From positions 51,648-115,647 of the IMG/VR virus record IMGVR_UViG_3300028377_000005: DNA of 64,000 bases. One strand, 5' to 3'. The notes beneath the pieces are model-generated. The model did not search any database. It saw only the letters and a program-made list of their open reading frames with translations, and had not been told where the DNA came from. Numbering within the stretch: the first letter of the stretch is position 1; each line of letters starts with the position of its first letter. This DNA is from a virus. The position numbers were made by a program, and so were the translations under genes. Positions 1-9,781 of the stretch are shown one piece after another.

Positions 1-1
1 A

Positions 2-778
2 TCTGTTGTCGGATCAATCACGTCTTCGGATACACTAGAAAAGGACCCCTTTGCGGGTGCTCGGGAGTTATTTGATGGTGTTTTTGGTATGTCTCCCCAC
101 CAACAATTCAGGATCTGGGTGGACAAGGTAGCCCTTGAACGGGTAGACGAGATCTTACCCACCTTGACACAAAACGAAAGCCTGTACGAGATGGTGAAGA
201 GTTTTTACGAGGATGCGGAAAGCTCCATCGTTGACCTCTTGACCTCAGACGGTTTCAACACGTCCAAAGATTTGATCACAGACGATACAGTCAGGACCAA
301 GGTACATCTGCTGATTCAGACGGTAGATAAATACGTGGTTCTTGGGCAGCCGCCTAATTGGCAATCACTCCGTCTCTTTGAAGATCTCATCCCGGAAGGC
401 GACCAGTTGCTTGACCGCCTATTTCGTATGATGAAGTCGTTTGAAAACGTGTTCGCCGACATAAACGCCGCGATTGAGAACACCATTGACGGCTTGCGGG
501 CAAGGCTTGGAATCCTCAACGATATTGTGGATTTCCTTGACACGATCATTTCGTTTTACGCAAGTCTGGACGCTCTTGACTTTTCGGTGTCGGTGTTGTT
601 CATCCCGCCGAATGTGGGAGGCACTCCGTACTTAGCGCGGGAGTTCATGGAAGCTGAATCGCCTCCCGATACTTCGCCAGATGATTTCTCTGCGGGTGTG
701 GTCCTTGCGTTCGGTGGCGCTGGACGCGGCGATGTCGAAGCCTCTGAAAATGCCATCCGGTTCATTTTTGGCCTGTGA
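2..778 (+). CDS. hypothetical virion-associated protein, 5'-truncated
   Basis: Frame is open from position 2 through the ATG at 89 to TGA at 778; lies upstream of baseplate genes on the same strand. Confidence 0.6.
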   Translation, partial: SVVGSITSSDTLEKDPFAGARELFDGVFGMSPHQQFRIWVDKVALERVDEILPTLTQNESLYEMVKSFYEDAESSIVDLLTSDGFNTSKDLITDDTVRTKVHLLIQTVDKYVVLGQPPNWQSLRLFEDLIPEGDQLLDRLFRMMKSFENVFADINAAIENTIDGLRARLGILNDIVDFLDTIISFYASLDALDFSVSVLFIPPNVGGTPYLAREFMEAESPPDTSPDDFSAGVVLAFGGAGRGDVEASENAIRFIFGL

Positions 779-797
779 TCTCTAATCTTGTTGGCCC

Positions 798-812
798 TAA
801 TCTACTTGTAAG
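798..812 (+). promoter_or_regulatory. candidate late-promoter motif TAATCTACTTGTAAG
   Basis: Resembles motifs upstream of other structural/late genes (8684, 12024, 55215, 63640). Confidence 0.35.
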
Positions 813-856
813 CCTACCTCAGTAGAGATTCTCTGTTTGTCTGGCAGGGTAAAGGT

Positions 857-1474
857 ATGGCTTACGATTTTCTAGGTACATTCAAACGGTCGCAGTTCGA
901 ACTGTTGGCTGATTACGCGGAAGCGTCCCTGCAGGACGTGGATCCCCGTATAACGTACCTTAAAAGTGAGATTGAGCGGCTGGGGTGGATCGAATATGAA
1001 TTCGATGAGGAGGGGCGTCGAATTGATTATAACATCCAACCGCTCAATAGTCAACTGGCAAAGTACGCTCTAGCCTTCGAATATTATGGTGGATCTTTAA
1101 CAGAGCTTCAGATTCGAAGCCGTGGTGATTGGATTTATATCACCAAGGGCGAGTTCAACTTAGACGATGCTGCGCCTTACGCTGGAGGTAAACCTTCGGA
1201 GGGTAATTACAGTGAAGGTTCGAGGCATTACGACGATACCGTGCCCGGCAATTATGTGGCGGGCGTAAAGGATTGGATAACACCTAAGATCAAGCGTCAA
1301 TTGGAAGACCTTGAATTCCGCATCAAGAGGACAATCGACCTTTCGGATCAGTACATCGAAGAGGTGGTTTTGTTGGTGAAGCGTAGTACCGGCGCGGAGA
1401 CGCTTGAGGACCTCCGCAAAGATATCGACTTTTTCATCACCAGCGAAGATTTTCACTCGGCCACGGACCGCTGA
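857..1474 (+). CDS. hypothetical protein in baseplate block
   Basis: 205-aa ORF with AAAGGT RBS-like site; tightly packed with next gene. Confidence 0.7.
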   Translation: MAYDFLGTFKRSQFELLADYAEASLQDVDPRITYLKSEIERLGWIEYEFDEEGRRIDYNIQPLNSQLAKYALAFEYYGGSLTELQIRSRGDWIYITKGEFNLDDAAPYAGGKPSEGNYSEGSRHYDDTVPGNYVAGVKDWITPKIKRQLEDLEFRIKRTIDLSDQYIEEVVLLVKRSTGAETLEDLRKDIDFFITSEDFHSATDR

Positions 1475-1475
1475 T

Positions 1476-2558
1476 ATGTCCAAGGATCTCCGCCTAAAGC
1501 ACAAATGCCCGCACCACGTGGTCGAAGAGTGGTTGTCTATCGAAGACGATCGGGAAACACTCCGTACCGTGCGTTACCCCTCCAGCCAACAAATAAAGGT
1601 CCTGTGGAACCGCATTGAAGTTCCTCGGGATGGTCTGGCTTCTTCCATCGAAGTTACAGGTCTGAAAGCGGAGCCTTTTGAGATCGAAACAGGTGATAAC
1701 GATACCTTGGCTTTCAGTGTGGATGGTCAGTCAACCCAAACTATCACCCTCCCCAAGGGTCGCAAAATCAAAGCTGCTTACCTTGCCCGGACCATCAACG
1801 AGCAAGCCACGGGAATTACAGCGTCGGTAAAGAATGGCCGCCTTACGATCGAGCATAACAAGGGTGGCGCACAGTCGTCACTCAAGATGGAGGGTGGGAA
1901 TGCTCACGCCACGTTAGGTTTCTCGGCACTCAGGTATTACCGTGGCCGTATTATAGTGCCCGGTTGGGAGATCATCAAGGATAAAAACAACATGGACCCC
2001 CACGCTCGGGTGATTCGTTTCCACGAACCCTTGCGTACCGATGACGATATTTTTGAGGTGTCGTACCACACCGTCCGGGGTGTCTGTCGCCGGTGTATGG
2101 GTCTTGGGATAGAGAACGATTTCCGGCACGACCGGAAAGGCGATCCTATCTTTGTGGAAAACCAACGCCTCCTTTTGCAGGAGGTAGAAAAGATCGTATT
2201 CACGGTGAAAGGGTCCAACCTTTTTCACCGCTGGTACGGCACGTCTATTAGTGAGTTGATCGGCACCAAGATCGTAGGCGGCGGCCAGTATGTAGAGACA
2301 CAGTTGGTCACAGAGGTTTCCGATGCGCTCGAACGGTACAAGCAAATCAAAGAGCAGCAATCGCGTTACCAGCCGGTGTCGCGAAAGGAGATGCTGCAGC
2401 GGATTGTTTCAATCGAAGTGAAGCAAGACAAATACGACGCCACGGTATTCGATGTATCTATCGTGTTGGAAAGCCAGTCGGGTGAACTCGAACAGATCAC
2501 GGATACCCTGCTTGTGGGCGATGCTAGTTTCGCGCAAGGCTTTCAGCGGGTAAAGTAA
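1476..2558 (+). CDS. baseplate wedge protein with C-terminal gp25/GpW-like domain
   Basis: C-terminal QEVEKIVFTVKGSNLFHRWYGTSISELIG matches the gp25 pattern; CRRC motif; start taken at ATG 1476, just after the previous stop. Confidence 0.75.
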   Translation: MSKDLRLKHKCPHHVVEEWLSIEDDRETLRTVRYPSSQQIKVLWNRIEVPRDGLASSIEVTGLKAEPFEIETGDNDTLAFSVDGQSTQTITLPKGRKIKAAYLARTINEQATGITASVKNGRLTIEHNKGGAQSSLKMEGGNAHATLGFSALRYYRGRIIVPGWEIIKDKNNMDPHARVIRFHEPLRTDDDIFEVSYHTVRGVCRRCMGLGIENDFRHDRKGDPIFVENQRLLLQEVEKIVFTVKGSNLFHRWYGTSISELIGTKIVGGGQYVETQLVTEVSDALERYKQIKEQQSRYQPVSRKEMLQRIVSIEVKQDKYDATVFDVSIVLESQSGELEQITDTLLVGDASFAQGFQRVK

Positions 2559-2573
2559 AGGTGGTAGAGGATT

Positions 2574-5500
2574 ATGCCTGTAGAACCCCCAAAATTTGTA
2601 ACGCCTAACGGACAGACAAAAACCACGACCCTAGACTTGGTAACGTCAGTACGTGATCAAGTGCTCACGGGTGAGTTGTCTTCGGATATTGTTGATGTTC
2701 AGGTGAAGGTCAACAACGAACCGTTCAAGAGCGACTCAAACCTCGTCTCGTTCGATCAGGATTCGTTTACGGTACCTAACCCTAATGTCTTCCCGGAAGG
2801 GCTACGCTTGGACTACGGGGCCAACAAGATCCAAATTCGCATCATTGATGTGACGGGTGGTGTATCTACACCGGCTGTAGCTTCGATTAATGTGATACGG
2901 GATTCGGACCTCGATCTGGTGGTATCGCCTCCTTCGGGACTGAGGGTACGTCGCCGGTCAAATGAAGTCGAGATCGTGTGGGCACAAAACGACCTCCCCA
3001 ATGTCATCGGCTACAATGTATACGGAGCGATTGATAGCGGAGGTGGTACCCAAGGTTACATCAAGCTCAATAAAAACCTCATCACCGAGGTGGCGTTCGA
3101 AGAAACTGAGCTTACGGGTGTCGCTGAAGACTCCACGTTCTATACGAGCGAAGGCGGCCAGTTGCGCATTCTCTTGGTGGAAGAGGATTTCAATGACAAC
3201 CCGGTCAAGACGGTAGGGGAAAGCGTCGTCACCACAAGCCTCCGGGCGACCAATGAGATCAAAGTCACGACCTCCCTTGATGGGGTGGAAACCCGTGACT
3301 ACCTCCATTTCGTACACGACCGGGTGGCGACTGAAGATGATGGCGTCATTAACAATGAGTTTTTCGCCGACGTCCCGAATGATGAACCTCTGTTTTATGT
3401 AATCACTACAGTTGCTTACGACCCGGACACAAATCGGCAGATCGAAAGTACATATAGCTCTGAGCTTGTGGGCTTGCCACTGGTAATCACTACGGGCCTC
3501 CAAGAGATTCCGTCCAAGTCTCAGAACGATATTGTCCGGGACTACCTGTCTTCGATCACCCGTACCGACAACCAAGTAAGCGCGATTCCCGGCTCGGTGG
3601 TTCGAGATGTGTTCATTGAACCGTTTGCGTCTGAAACCGAACGGCTCCATTTCATCGCCGGGTTCATTCGTCGCTCCCAGAGTTTCTCGACCTTGTTGGC
3701 CATTGACGACCTCGATGGTGATGGTGAGTCAGATCCGGTAGCTCAAAACCCCTATAAACAAGCCCTGAAATCGGCGCTTGGTATTGACCGTGATTCCGAT
3801 GTTCAGGCGCTGATTGACGACTCCTTTGAAAAACTGGCGAGTAATGTCCAGAAAGCTCGTGGGGGCGCAGGTTTTGCGATTGGGCAAGCAATCTTTTACA
3901 CGACGACGGAACCGACAACGGACCTTGTGGTGGAAGAGGGAACGATTATATCGACCGAATCCAGCCAAGACAATCCTTCGGTATCGTTCACAACGACTTC
4001 CCGTGTTGTGCTTCCGTTCGATGTGAAGGATTCGTATTACAATTTGCGTAAGAAGCGCTGGGAGATCCAAGCCAACATCCGAGCAACTGAAGCGGGCGAA
4101 GACGGTAACGTAGTTGCCGGGGGAATCAACCGGGTACTTGGCGGTGCTTCCTCCATGCAAGTAGAGAACCTTGAAGCTACACGGTTCGGGCGGGACCGGG
4201 AAAGCAACGCCCGGCTTGCCGAACGTGCTATCCTTGCGTACTCCAGCGTGGATGTTGGTACGGAAGGTGGCTATCTATCCACAGCCCTGAAACAACAGGG
4301 TGTGTTCCGGGCCAAGGTGGTCAAGTCCGAAAGCGAATTTATGATGCGAGACTATGACGATCTCCGCGAAAAACATATCGGAGGCAAAGTAGACGTATGG
4401 TTGCAAGGTCTTGAAGAAGTGCAGGTTACTGACACCTTTGCTTTGCGTTTCAGGGTGGCTCGGAACATCCAGTTCATTCTGGACTCCAACCCCTCCGACC
4501 TCATTTTTGTAGCGGACGACCCCCGCCTGTCTCCCGATAATCCGATCACGGAATTACTCGGAGCTACTAGCCAACAACAGGCCCAAGGGTTTGGTTTCCG
4601 TAACGTATCGACCGGTGAAGATTTCGATCTCACTAATTACACGATCTTAGATTACAACCGAATCAAGTTGGATGCAAGCCTAACACAGCCTTCCGTCAGT
4701 ACCAATGACATCGTGGCTGGTGATTTCCGATTCCAAGAAACGAGTCAATACGTCTTTAGTCGGCAGCCTGCGTTCGGGGTGGAAAGTATCTCGTCACTCA
4801 ACACAGGTGCGGTCCTCGAAGAGGGTACAAACTACCAACTTTATCGGGTCGAAGACCCGTTGCTGGACGGCTATTCGACGCAAGCCCAAGATTACATCGA
4901 GATCACTCAGAGCGGGGGCGTGCCCTCCGGGAACACTTTCGTAGTCAATGATGAAAATCATGTCTTAGTGGGTGAAGCTCCTGAACCCCTTGAAAACTTG
5001 GGTGTTAATCCGATCAGTGTTCGTGTCTTTAGTTTGGACCGCCTCACAGAATACGATGGCCCTAACTCAGCTTCACCTGATTTCTTGATCCAAGAGGGTG
5101 ACGAAACGACACCCCTCGAAATTTTCCGGGTACCGTCCGGGTCAATCGGTAACGGTGAAGAGGTGAGCGTCGATTACGAGCACGACGAAAACTTTGAAGT
5201 GGAGTACACGATCAACAACCTACTTGATCGTGTTCAGGGGGCTATCAACAAACAGCGGCATATCACGGCGGACGTCTTAGTCAAGCAAGCCATTTCAAAT
5301 GAAGTGGAACTTGAAATGACCGTCGTCTTGGAGCCGGGTTCCTCCAGAGCCCAAGTGGATGCGGACCTCCGAACCAACGTAAGTCAACTGCTCAACAGCA
5401 AAGCGATCGGCGAACCCGTTTACCAATCGGATGTGGTGCAAGCGATCGAAAACACGACCGGTGTTATATACGTGGTTATGCCTTTTGCCCGTATGGCTCT

Positions 5501-5999
5501 TGCCGATGGGTCGCTGATTATCCGGGAGCCGGTTAACAACGATGCCACGTTCCTAGAGCAGCAAGGCAACGCTAAGGTTTACGTCCTCAAAGACGGCCTC
5601 AATTACCCCACGGTGGCCGGTGGTGGAGATGTTTCCCAACACCACGGGGTCTTCGAAGATACGCAAATGATGGATCTCGTAAGCTCGTACAACGACCTAT
5701 TTAATGAGGCAGGCAAAGCATTAGTCGTGGGGGCCGATGGTCTTAATATCGCCGGGTATAGCGACGACGCCACGTTGACGGCTGCGGGCTATGCTACAGC
5801 CACTGAGCGGGAAGCCCGGCGCAAAACACTGACAGCTAACCGCATCTTCTTCAGTGTGGATGGCAATGATTCCCCGGAAAACCACACGTATGCCGCCACT
5901 TACGCCGTGAACAGAGATAGTGGTTCCAAATCTATCATGGTCACTGACGTAACCTATCTCGAACTCGGAAACTTTACGATCACATACCAGCAGAGTTAA
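2574..5999 (+). CDS. large baseplate J-like wedge protein with N-terminal Ig/FN3-like domains
   Basis: IPGSVVRDVFIEP, ATEAGEDGNV and GRDRESNARLAER are baseplate-J motifs; PPSGLRV..VWAQN..GYNVY is FN3-like. Confidence 0.85.
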   Translation: MPVEPPKFVTPNGQTKTTTLDLVTSVRDQVLTGELSSDIVDVQVKVNNEPFKSDSNLVSFDQDSFTVPNPNVFPEGLRLDYGANKIQIRIIDVTGGVSTPAVASINVIRDSDLDLVVSPPSGLRVRRRSNEVEIVWAQNDLPNVIGYNVYGAIDSGGGTQGYIKLNKNLITEVAFEETELTGVAEDSTFYTSEGGQLRILLVEEDFNDNPVKTVGESVVTTSLRATNEIKVTTSLDGVETRDYLHFVHDRVATEDDGVINNEFFADVPNDEPLFYVITTVAYDPDTNRQIESTYSSELVGLPLVITTGLQEIPSKSQNDIVRDYLSSITRTDNQVSAIPGSVVRDVFIEPFASETERLHFIAGFIRRSQSFSTLLAIDDLDGDGESDPVAQNPYKQALKSALGIDRDSDVQALIDDSFEKLASNVQKARGGAGFAIGQAIFYTTTEPTTDLVVEEGTIISTESSQDNPSVSFTTTSRVVLPFDVKDSYYNLRKKRWEIQANIRATEAGEDGNVVAGGINRVLGGASSMQVENLEATRFGRDRESNARLAERAILAYSSVDVGTEGGYLSTALKQQGVFRAKVVKSESEFMMRDYDDLREKHIGGKVDVWLQGLEEVQVTDTFALRFRVARNIQFILDSNPSDLIFVADDPRLSPDNPITELLGATSQQQAQGFGFRNVSTGEDFDLTNYTILDYNRIKLDASLTQPSVSTNDIVAGDFRFQETSQYVFSRQPAFGVESISSLNTGAVLEEGTNYQLYRVEDPLLDGYSTQAQDYIEITQSGGVPSGNTFVVNDENHVLVGEAPEPLENLGVNPISVRVFSLDRLTEYDGPNSASPDFLIQEGDETTPLEIFRVPSGSIGNGEEVSVDYEHDENFEVEYTINNLLDRVQGAINKQRHITADVLVKQAISNEVELEMTVVLEPGSSRAQVDADLRTNVSQLLNSKAIGEPVYQSDVVQAIENTTGVIYVVMPFARMALADGSLIIREPVNNDATFLEQQGNAKVYVLKDGLNYPTVAGGGDVSQHHGVFEDTQMMDLVSSYNDLFNEAGKALVVGADGLNIAGYSDDATLTAAGYATATEREARRKTLTANRIFFSVDGNDSPENHTYAATYAVNRDSGSKSIMVTDVTYLELGNFTITYQQS

Positions 6000-6000
6000 G

Positions 6001-8679
6001 ATGGCCAACGGATTTAACAACGGAAAGCAAGACCCGTATCCTTTGGTAGAGGAGGGGAAAGGGTACCAGAAACTTCTCATATCGAGAAGTCAAGCGGTCC
6101 TCAACGCTTTAATCAACCTGCTGCCCTCCAACTATGAGTCTAGCGTCGTAGGCCCGAATTACACGGTCTACATGAAAGCAATGGCTACGGAGTTGGCACG
6201 CATTACGATCATCCTAGAGCGCCTCGGCACAGACGTGTCTTTTGATGAGGTGCGATCTGAGTTTCTCTGGGAGACGGTCGGGTACCTTGTTTTCCTGAAC
6301 CAACAGTTGCCAGACCTCGAATTCGACGACGAGAGCTTTCGGGATTTCCTCAAAGCGGTCATCGAAATTTACTTTGAAGGGTCAACACCTGCGGCAATTC
6401 GCAAAGGCGTCGAGCTATTCACTTCCGAAGAATTCACCATTCGTGAGAACTTCGAAGATGCACGCCAAGAGGGCAGCCCGCTTGATGTTAGTGATCAGTT
6501 TGGGTTTTCGCTGGACTTTGACCTCCAAGCGAAGTTCCCGAAAGACGTTTTCCGTTTCGACAAGAACCTCCGGTTGTTGATCGAGATCATCCGCCCGGCG
6601 CATACACTTTACCGCCTCCGCTTTATGTTCGGTGAGGACGCGGATCTCCTGAACAATGTGACCGACGAAATGCGGATGCACCTCCGCAACTATTACTATG
6701 ACGATGCTCGTGGGTATTGCGCGGGTATGGCGGGTTTCGATAGTACATCCGGGTATATCGAATTAGGTAGCCTCAGTGTACTCAAAGACGACGCCACAGA
6801 CAAGCCCTTGGCTTCCGTTTCGGAAGGCGCAACCCTCTTGATTGAAACCTGCCTTAACAGTGGGCGTTACACCGTCGTTGGGCACCCTACCTCCAATTCG
6901 ATCAAGGTCTTTCCGAAATTCGAAGGGGCGGAGGACCCGGTATCTTACCACGTCGAAGTGGACCGCCTCGGACGCAAAAAAGAGCTACTGGTCGAAGAAG
7001 ATGTGTCCAGCCAGTTCTACGATACATCCCGGCTTACCGTAGATGGAGGTGGGCCTTATACCGTCACCGAAATGACGGACACCACACTAACCGCCTCGTC
7101 CAACGGTAGCGACGTAGAGTACGTCTGGGACCTTGATGGGGATAACGTATATGATGATGCGTCGGGAGCCTCTGTGACGTACACAGCGCCTTCTGGACCC
7201 GCTGAGATAACGGTATGGGTAAAGGGGACCGACCAGCGGGGACGTAAGGCCAAAGATAGTGCCGTTATTGTAGTACTCGATCAGCATCAAGTTCAGATGC
7301 TCGGCACAGGTACGTTGACGATCAACGATGTTACGTGGTCCACGTCAGCTTCGGCCTTGATGAACGGTTCAGGTACCCTTGCCCCTTCGCCTACGGTAGA
7401 ACACCTCGCCTCTGTTTCAATGGAAGGTGATTCTCTCATGGAAGTGATCCTCGGGCGCAACCCAGAGGACCCTTGCGCTATCTCAATGTATGGCTTGGCT
7501 TTCGTGGAAGTTGAAGCGTTTTTGGATCACAAAGGAGACGCTGATTTAACAGGAACGGCCTCCTTGGGTTCAACCCCCGTCATGGAAATGTTCAGTGCTG
7601 TAGATATGGTGGGGGCAGCTATTACGGATATAGGTGTCACCCAAGTGTTAAGGGTCTCGGCGGCTATGACGGGATCCGCTACCACCGTAACCAGCCCAAC
7701 AGCCATCGCCTCGGCAACGGTAACTATGGCGGGGTCTGCCACGACCTCGGTGGAAAGCGAAGAAATTTCCACAGCATCCGTCTCTATGGTGGGATCCGCA
7801 TCTATAACAACAGGTGCTCAGGCGTCTACGCCAATAACCACCTCCATGACGGGGACCGCAACGATTTCCGTCGATTCGACTGTAACACAAGACGTTTCCG
7901 TTTCTATGACGGGCACAGCAACGACAACAATCGATTCAACCTACACAATGGATCCAACCTCCATTGCCGGGTTGGTTTATTGGATCGACCCCAGCGACAA
8001 AGATACCATATACCAAGATCAAGGGGGTACGGTAGCTGTAACTACAGATGGAGATCCCGTAGAGCGGATCGAAGATAAGTCGGGTAATGCTAACCACTTT
8101 ACGAACGAATCCGTAGTACCTTATTGGTCAGAAACAGGGCTCAATAGCATTGGTAGTTTGGGGTGGGATGCCACTACCCGATACCTGTATGCTAACAGTG
8201 TAACGCAAGTGGATACAGGCGCTCCCATTTCAACCTTTGCTGTAGCCATCACAAATGTTGAGGATGAAAACTACATCCTCAACCACAGCTATTCAGACGG
8301 ATCCCCGGAAAGCCAGCGCCTTTTGCAATTGGGAGCGAGTTCCGGGGACTGGAACCTAACAGGTTTCGACTCGCTAGGCACAGGGCACACGGCCACGATT
8401 TCGGGACAAGTCGGAAAAGCCTACGTTGTGAACATTGAATGGGATACTTCCAACAATCTGTATGCCCGTACCAGACTCGGCACCGGGTCTAACCTCGGTA
8501 ATGCCGACGCATCACCTACCTCAAACACGTACATCGAGCTGGGTATGGCCCGTGATGGAACCAACACAAGGGTGGGATATTTCGATGGACTATCTGGGGA
8601 GATCATTTGCTATGCAAGTTCCCTATCAACCTTAGATGAAACCCGATTGCGCCAGTACCTGTCCGATAAATGGCTCTGA
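6001..8679 (+). CDS. baseplate I-like protein fused to a PKD-like domain, a Thr/Ser-rich repeat shaft and a LamG-like tip
   Basis: LLIEIIRPAHT (P2 gpI-like motif); YVWDLDGDNVYDDASG (PKD-like); about 11 MxGxA repeats; WIDPSD..DKSGNANH..GEIICY (concanavalin/LamG-like). Confidence 0.7.
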   Translation: MANGFNNGKQDPYPLVEEGKGYQKLLISRSQAVLNALINLLPSNYESSVVGPNYTVYMKAMATELARITIILERLGTDVSFDEVRSEFLWETVGYLVFLNQQLPDLEFDDESFRDFLKAVIEIYFEGSTPAAIRKGVELFTSEEFTIRENFEDARQEGSPLDVSDQFGFSLDFDLQAKFPKDVFRFDKNLRLLIEIIRPAHTLYRLRFMFGEDADLLNNVTDEMRMHLRNYYYDDARGYCAGMAGFDSTSGYIELGSLSVLKDDATDKPLASVSEGATLLIETCLNSGRYTVVGHPTSNSIKVFPKFEGAEDPVSYHVEVDRLGRKKELLVEEDVSSQFYDTSRLTVDGGGPYTVTEMTDTTLTASSNGSDVEYVWDLDGDNVYDDASGASVTYTAPSGPAEITVWVKGTDQRGRKAKDSAVIVVLDQHQVQMLGTGTLTINDVTWSTSASALMNGSGTLAPSPTVEHLASVSMEGDSLMEVILGRNPEDPCAISMYGLAFVEVEAFLDHKGDADLTGTASLGSTPVMEMFSAVDMVGAAITDIGVTQVLRVSAAMTGSATTVTSPTAIASATVTMAGSATTSVESEEISTASVSMVGSASITTGAQASTPITTSMTGTATISVDSTVTQDVSVSMTGTATTTIDSTYTMDPTSIAGLVYWIDPSDKDTIYQDQGGTVAVTTDGDPVERIEDKSGNANHFTNESVVPYWSETGLNSIGSLGWDATTRYLYANSVTQVDTGAPISTFAVAITNVEDENYILNHSYSDGSPESQRLLQLGASSGDWNLTGFDSLGTGHTATISGQVGKAYVVNIEWDTSNNLYARTRLGTGSNLGNADASPTSNTYIELGMARDGTNTRVGYFDGLSGEIICYASSLSTLDETRLRQYLSDKWL
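7297..7945 (+). repeat. about 11 degenerate 20-22 aa protein repeats (core M-x-G-S/T-A-T)
   Basis: MLGTGTL, MNGSGTL, MEGDSLM, MYGLAFV, LTGTASL, MVGAAIT, MTGSATT, MAGSATT, MVGSASI, MTGTATI, MTGTATT. Confidence 0.75.
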
Positions 8680-8738
8680 TCGGTTTTCTGTTTGTAACCT
8701 CGAAGTAATGGAAACCGGAACTTTCAAGGAGAATAGTT

Positions 8739-9131
8739 ATGTCCCAAATGACCAATTATTTGGAAAATGCACTGGTCAATCACGTGCTTCGCAACACGGC
8801 ATTGACTTCGCCCACAACCGTGTACCTAGCACTTTACGATGCTTCCCCTACCGATACAGGTACGGGTGGTACTGAGATCACAGGTACGGGCTATAGTAGG
8901 CAGAGCGTAACGTTTACGGCACCTACTAACGGATCCACTTCAAACTCCAGCACACTTAGTTTCACGAACGGTAGCGGCGGTAACTGGACGATTGCCGCTG
9001 TTGGTATTATGGATGCCAGTAGTGGTGGTAACATGCTCTTTCACGGCACCCTAACCGGAGGCAGTAAAACCGTTGCAGACGGTGATACCATCACGTTCAA
9101 CGCTGGTGATCTCGACATCACGCTTGCTTAA
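8739..9131 (+). CDS. small phage tail/fibre-associated structural protein
   Basis: NYLENALVNHVLR..VYLALY..TEITGTGYSRQ..DASSGGNML..KTVADGDTITFNAGDLDITL is a common phage tail family pattern; AGGAG RBS. Confidence 0.8.
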   Translation: MSQMTNYLENALVNHVLRNTALTSPTTVYLALYDASPTDTGTGGTEITGTGYSRQSVTFTAPTNGSTSNSSTLSFTNGSGGNWTIAAVGIMDASSGGNMLFHGTLTGGSKTVADGDTITFNAGDLDITLA

Positions 9132-9718
9132 TTGAGCGTTTCGGGCTTGATGGGTTCTTGGCGGTTCACTTCGTCCATCACGTAATCGCCCCACATGAGG
9201 ACCACTTTGTTACGGTCCGTATCGTGGGATACCAGAGCAACTTCGGTTTCCGCATCCACCGTCGTAACCAACACTGACCTCCCATTATAGGGTGGCGGAT
9301 CTCCCGGAAGAAGGGGCACGGTCGCAATTGTGATCGCGTCCCTTTTTTCTATGGTGCTCAGGTCGACGGGTGGTTCTTCGAACCCTACGTACATGAAATC
9401 GTCATGCTGCCGGATCACGGGAAGCATCATGCCCGGCTCATATCCCGGAACCGCAAGTGCCGTCAAAAAATTGACTTCCAGCATCGAGTTTTTGAGAAGG
9501 CCAATGTCCCGGAGCATTAGGAACATTTGCTGGTAGCGGTGGATATGGGTGGTGAACCCTTCCATAAAAACGGCCCTATCCACCTTGAGGGTTTTATCGT
9601 CCTCGGCGATAGGGCCGGTCAAAAGTTCGTCTACTTGGTTTTCGAACTCGTCTTGGAGTTCAGTGAACAGACCACCTAGACGGTCGGATGGAAAAAAGAT
9701 CGCACTATCGTCAGACAT
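9128..9718 (-). CDS. hypothetical protein
   Basis: 196-aa ORF with GGGAG RBS, convergent with the tail gene. Confidence 0.65.
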   Translation of the reverse strand: MSDDSAIFFPSDRLGGLFTELQDEFENQVDELLTGPIAEDDKTLKVDRAVFMEGFTTHIHRYQQMFLMLRDIGLLKNSMLEVNFLTALAVPGYEPGMMLPVIRQHDDFMYVGFEEPPVDLSTIEKRDAITIATVPLLPGDPPPYNGRSVLVTTVDAETEVALVSHDTDRNKVVLMWGDYVMDEVNRQEPIKPETLN

Positions 9719-9781
9719 ACAGACTCCCTGTAATTCAGATGGGCAGCCGATCGTGTACGTCTTAGTAGTACGTCGTGTCAG

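Noticed and set aside
1-9131. Extracellular contractile injection system or tailocin locus
   Set aside because: The window also carries a polymerase, helicases, primase domain and a typical phage accessory array, so a phage genome explains it better
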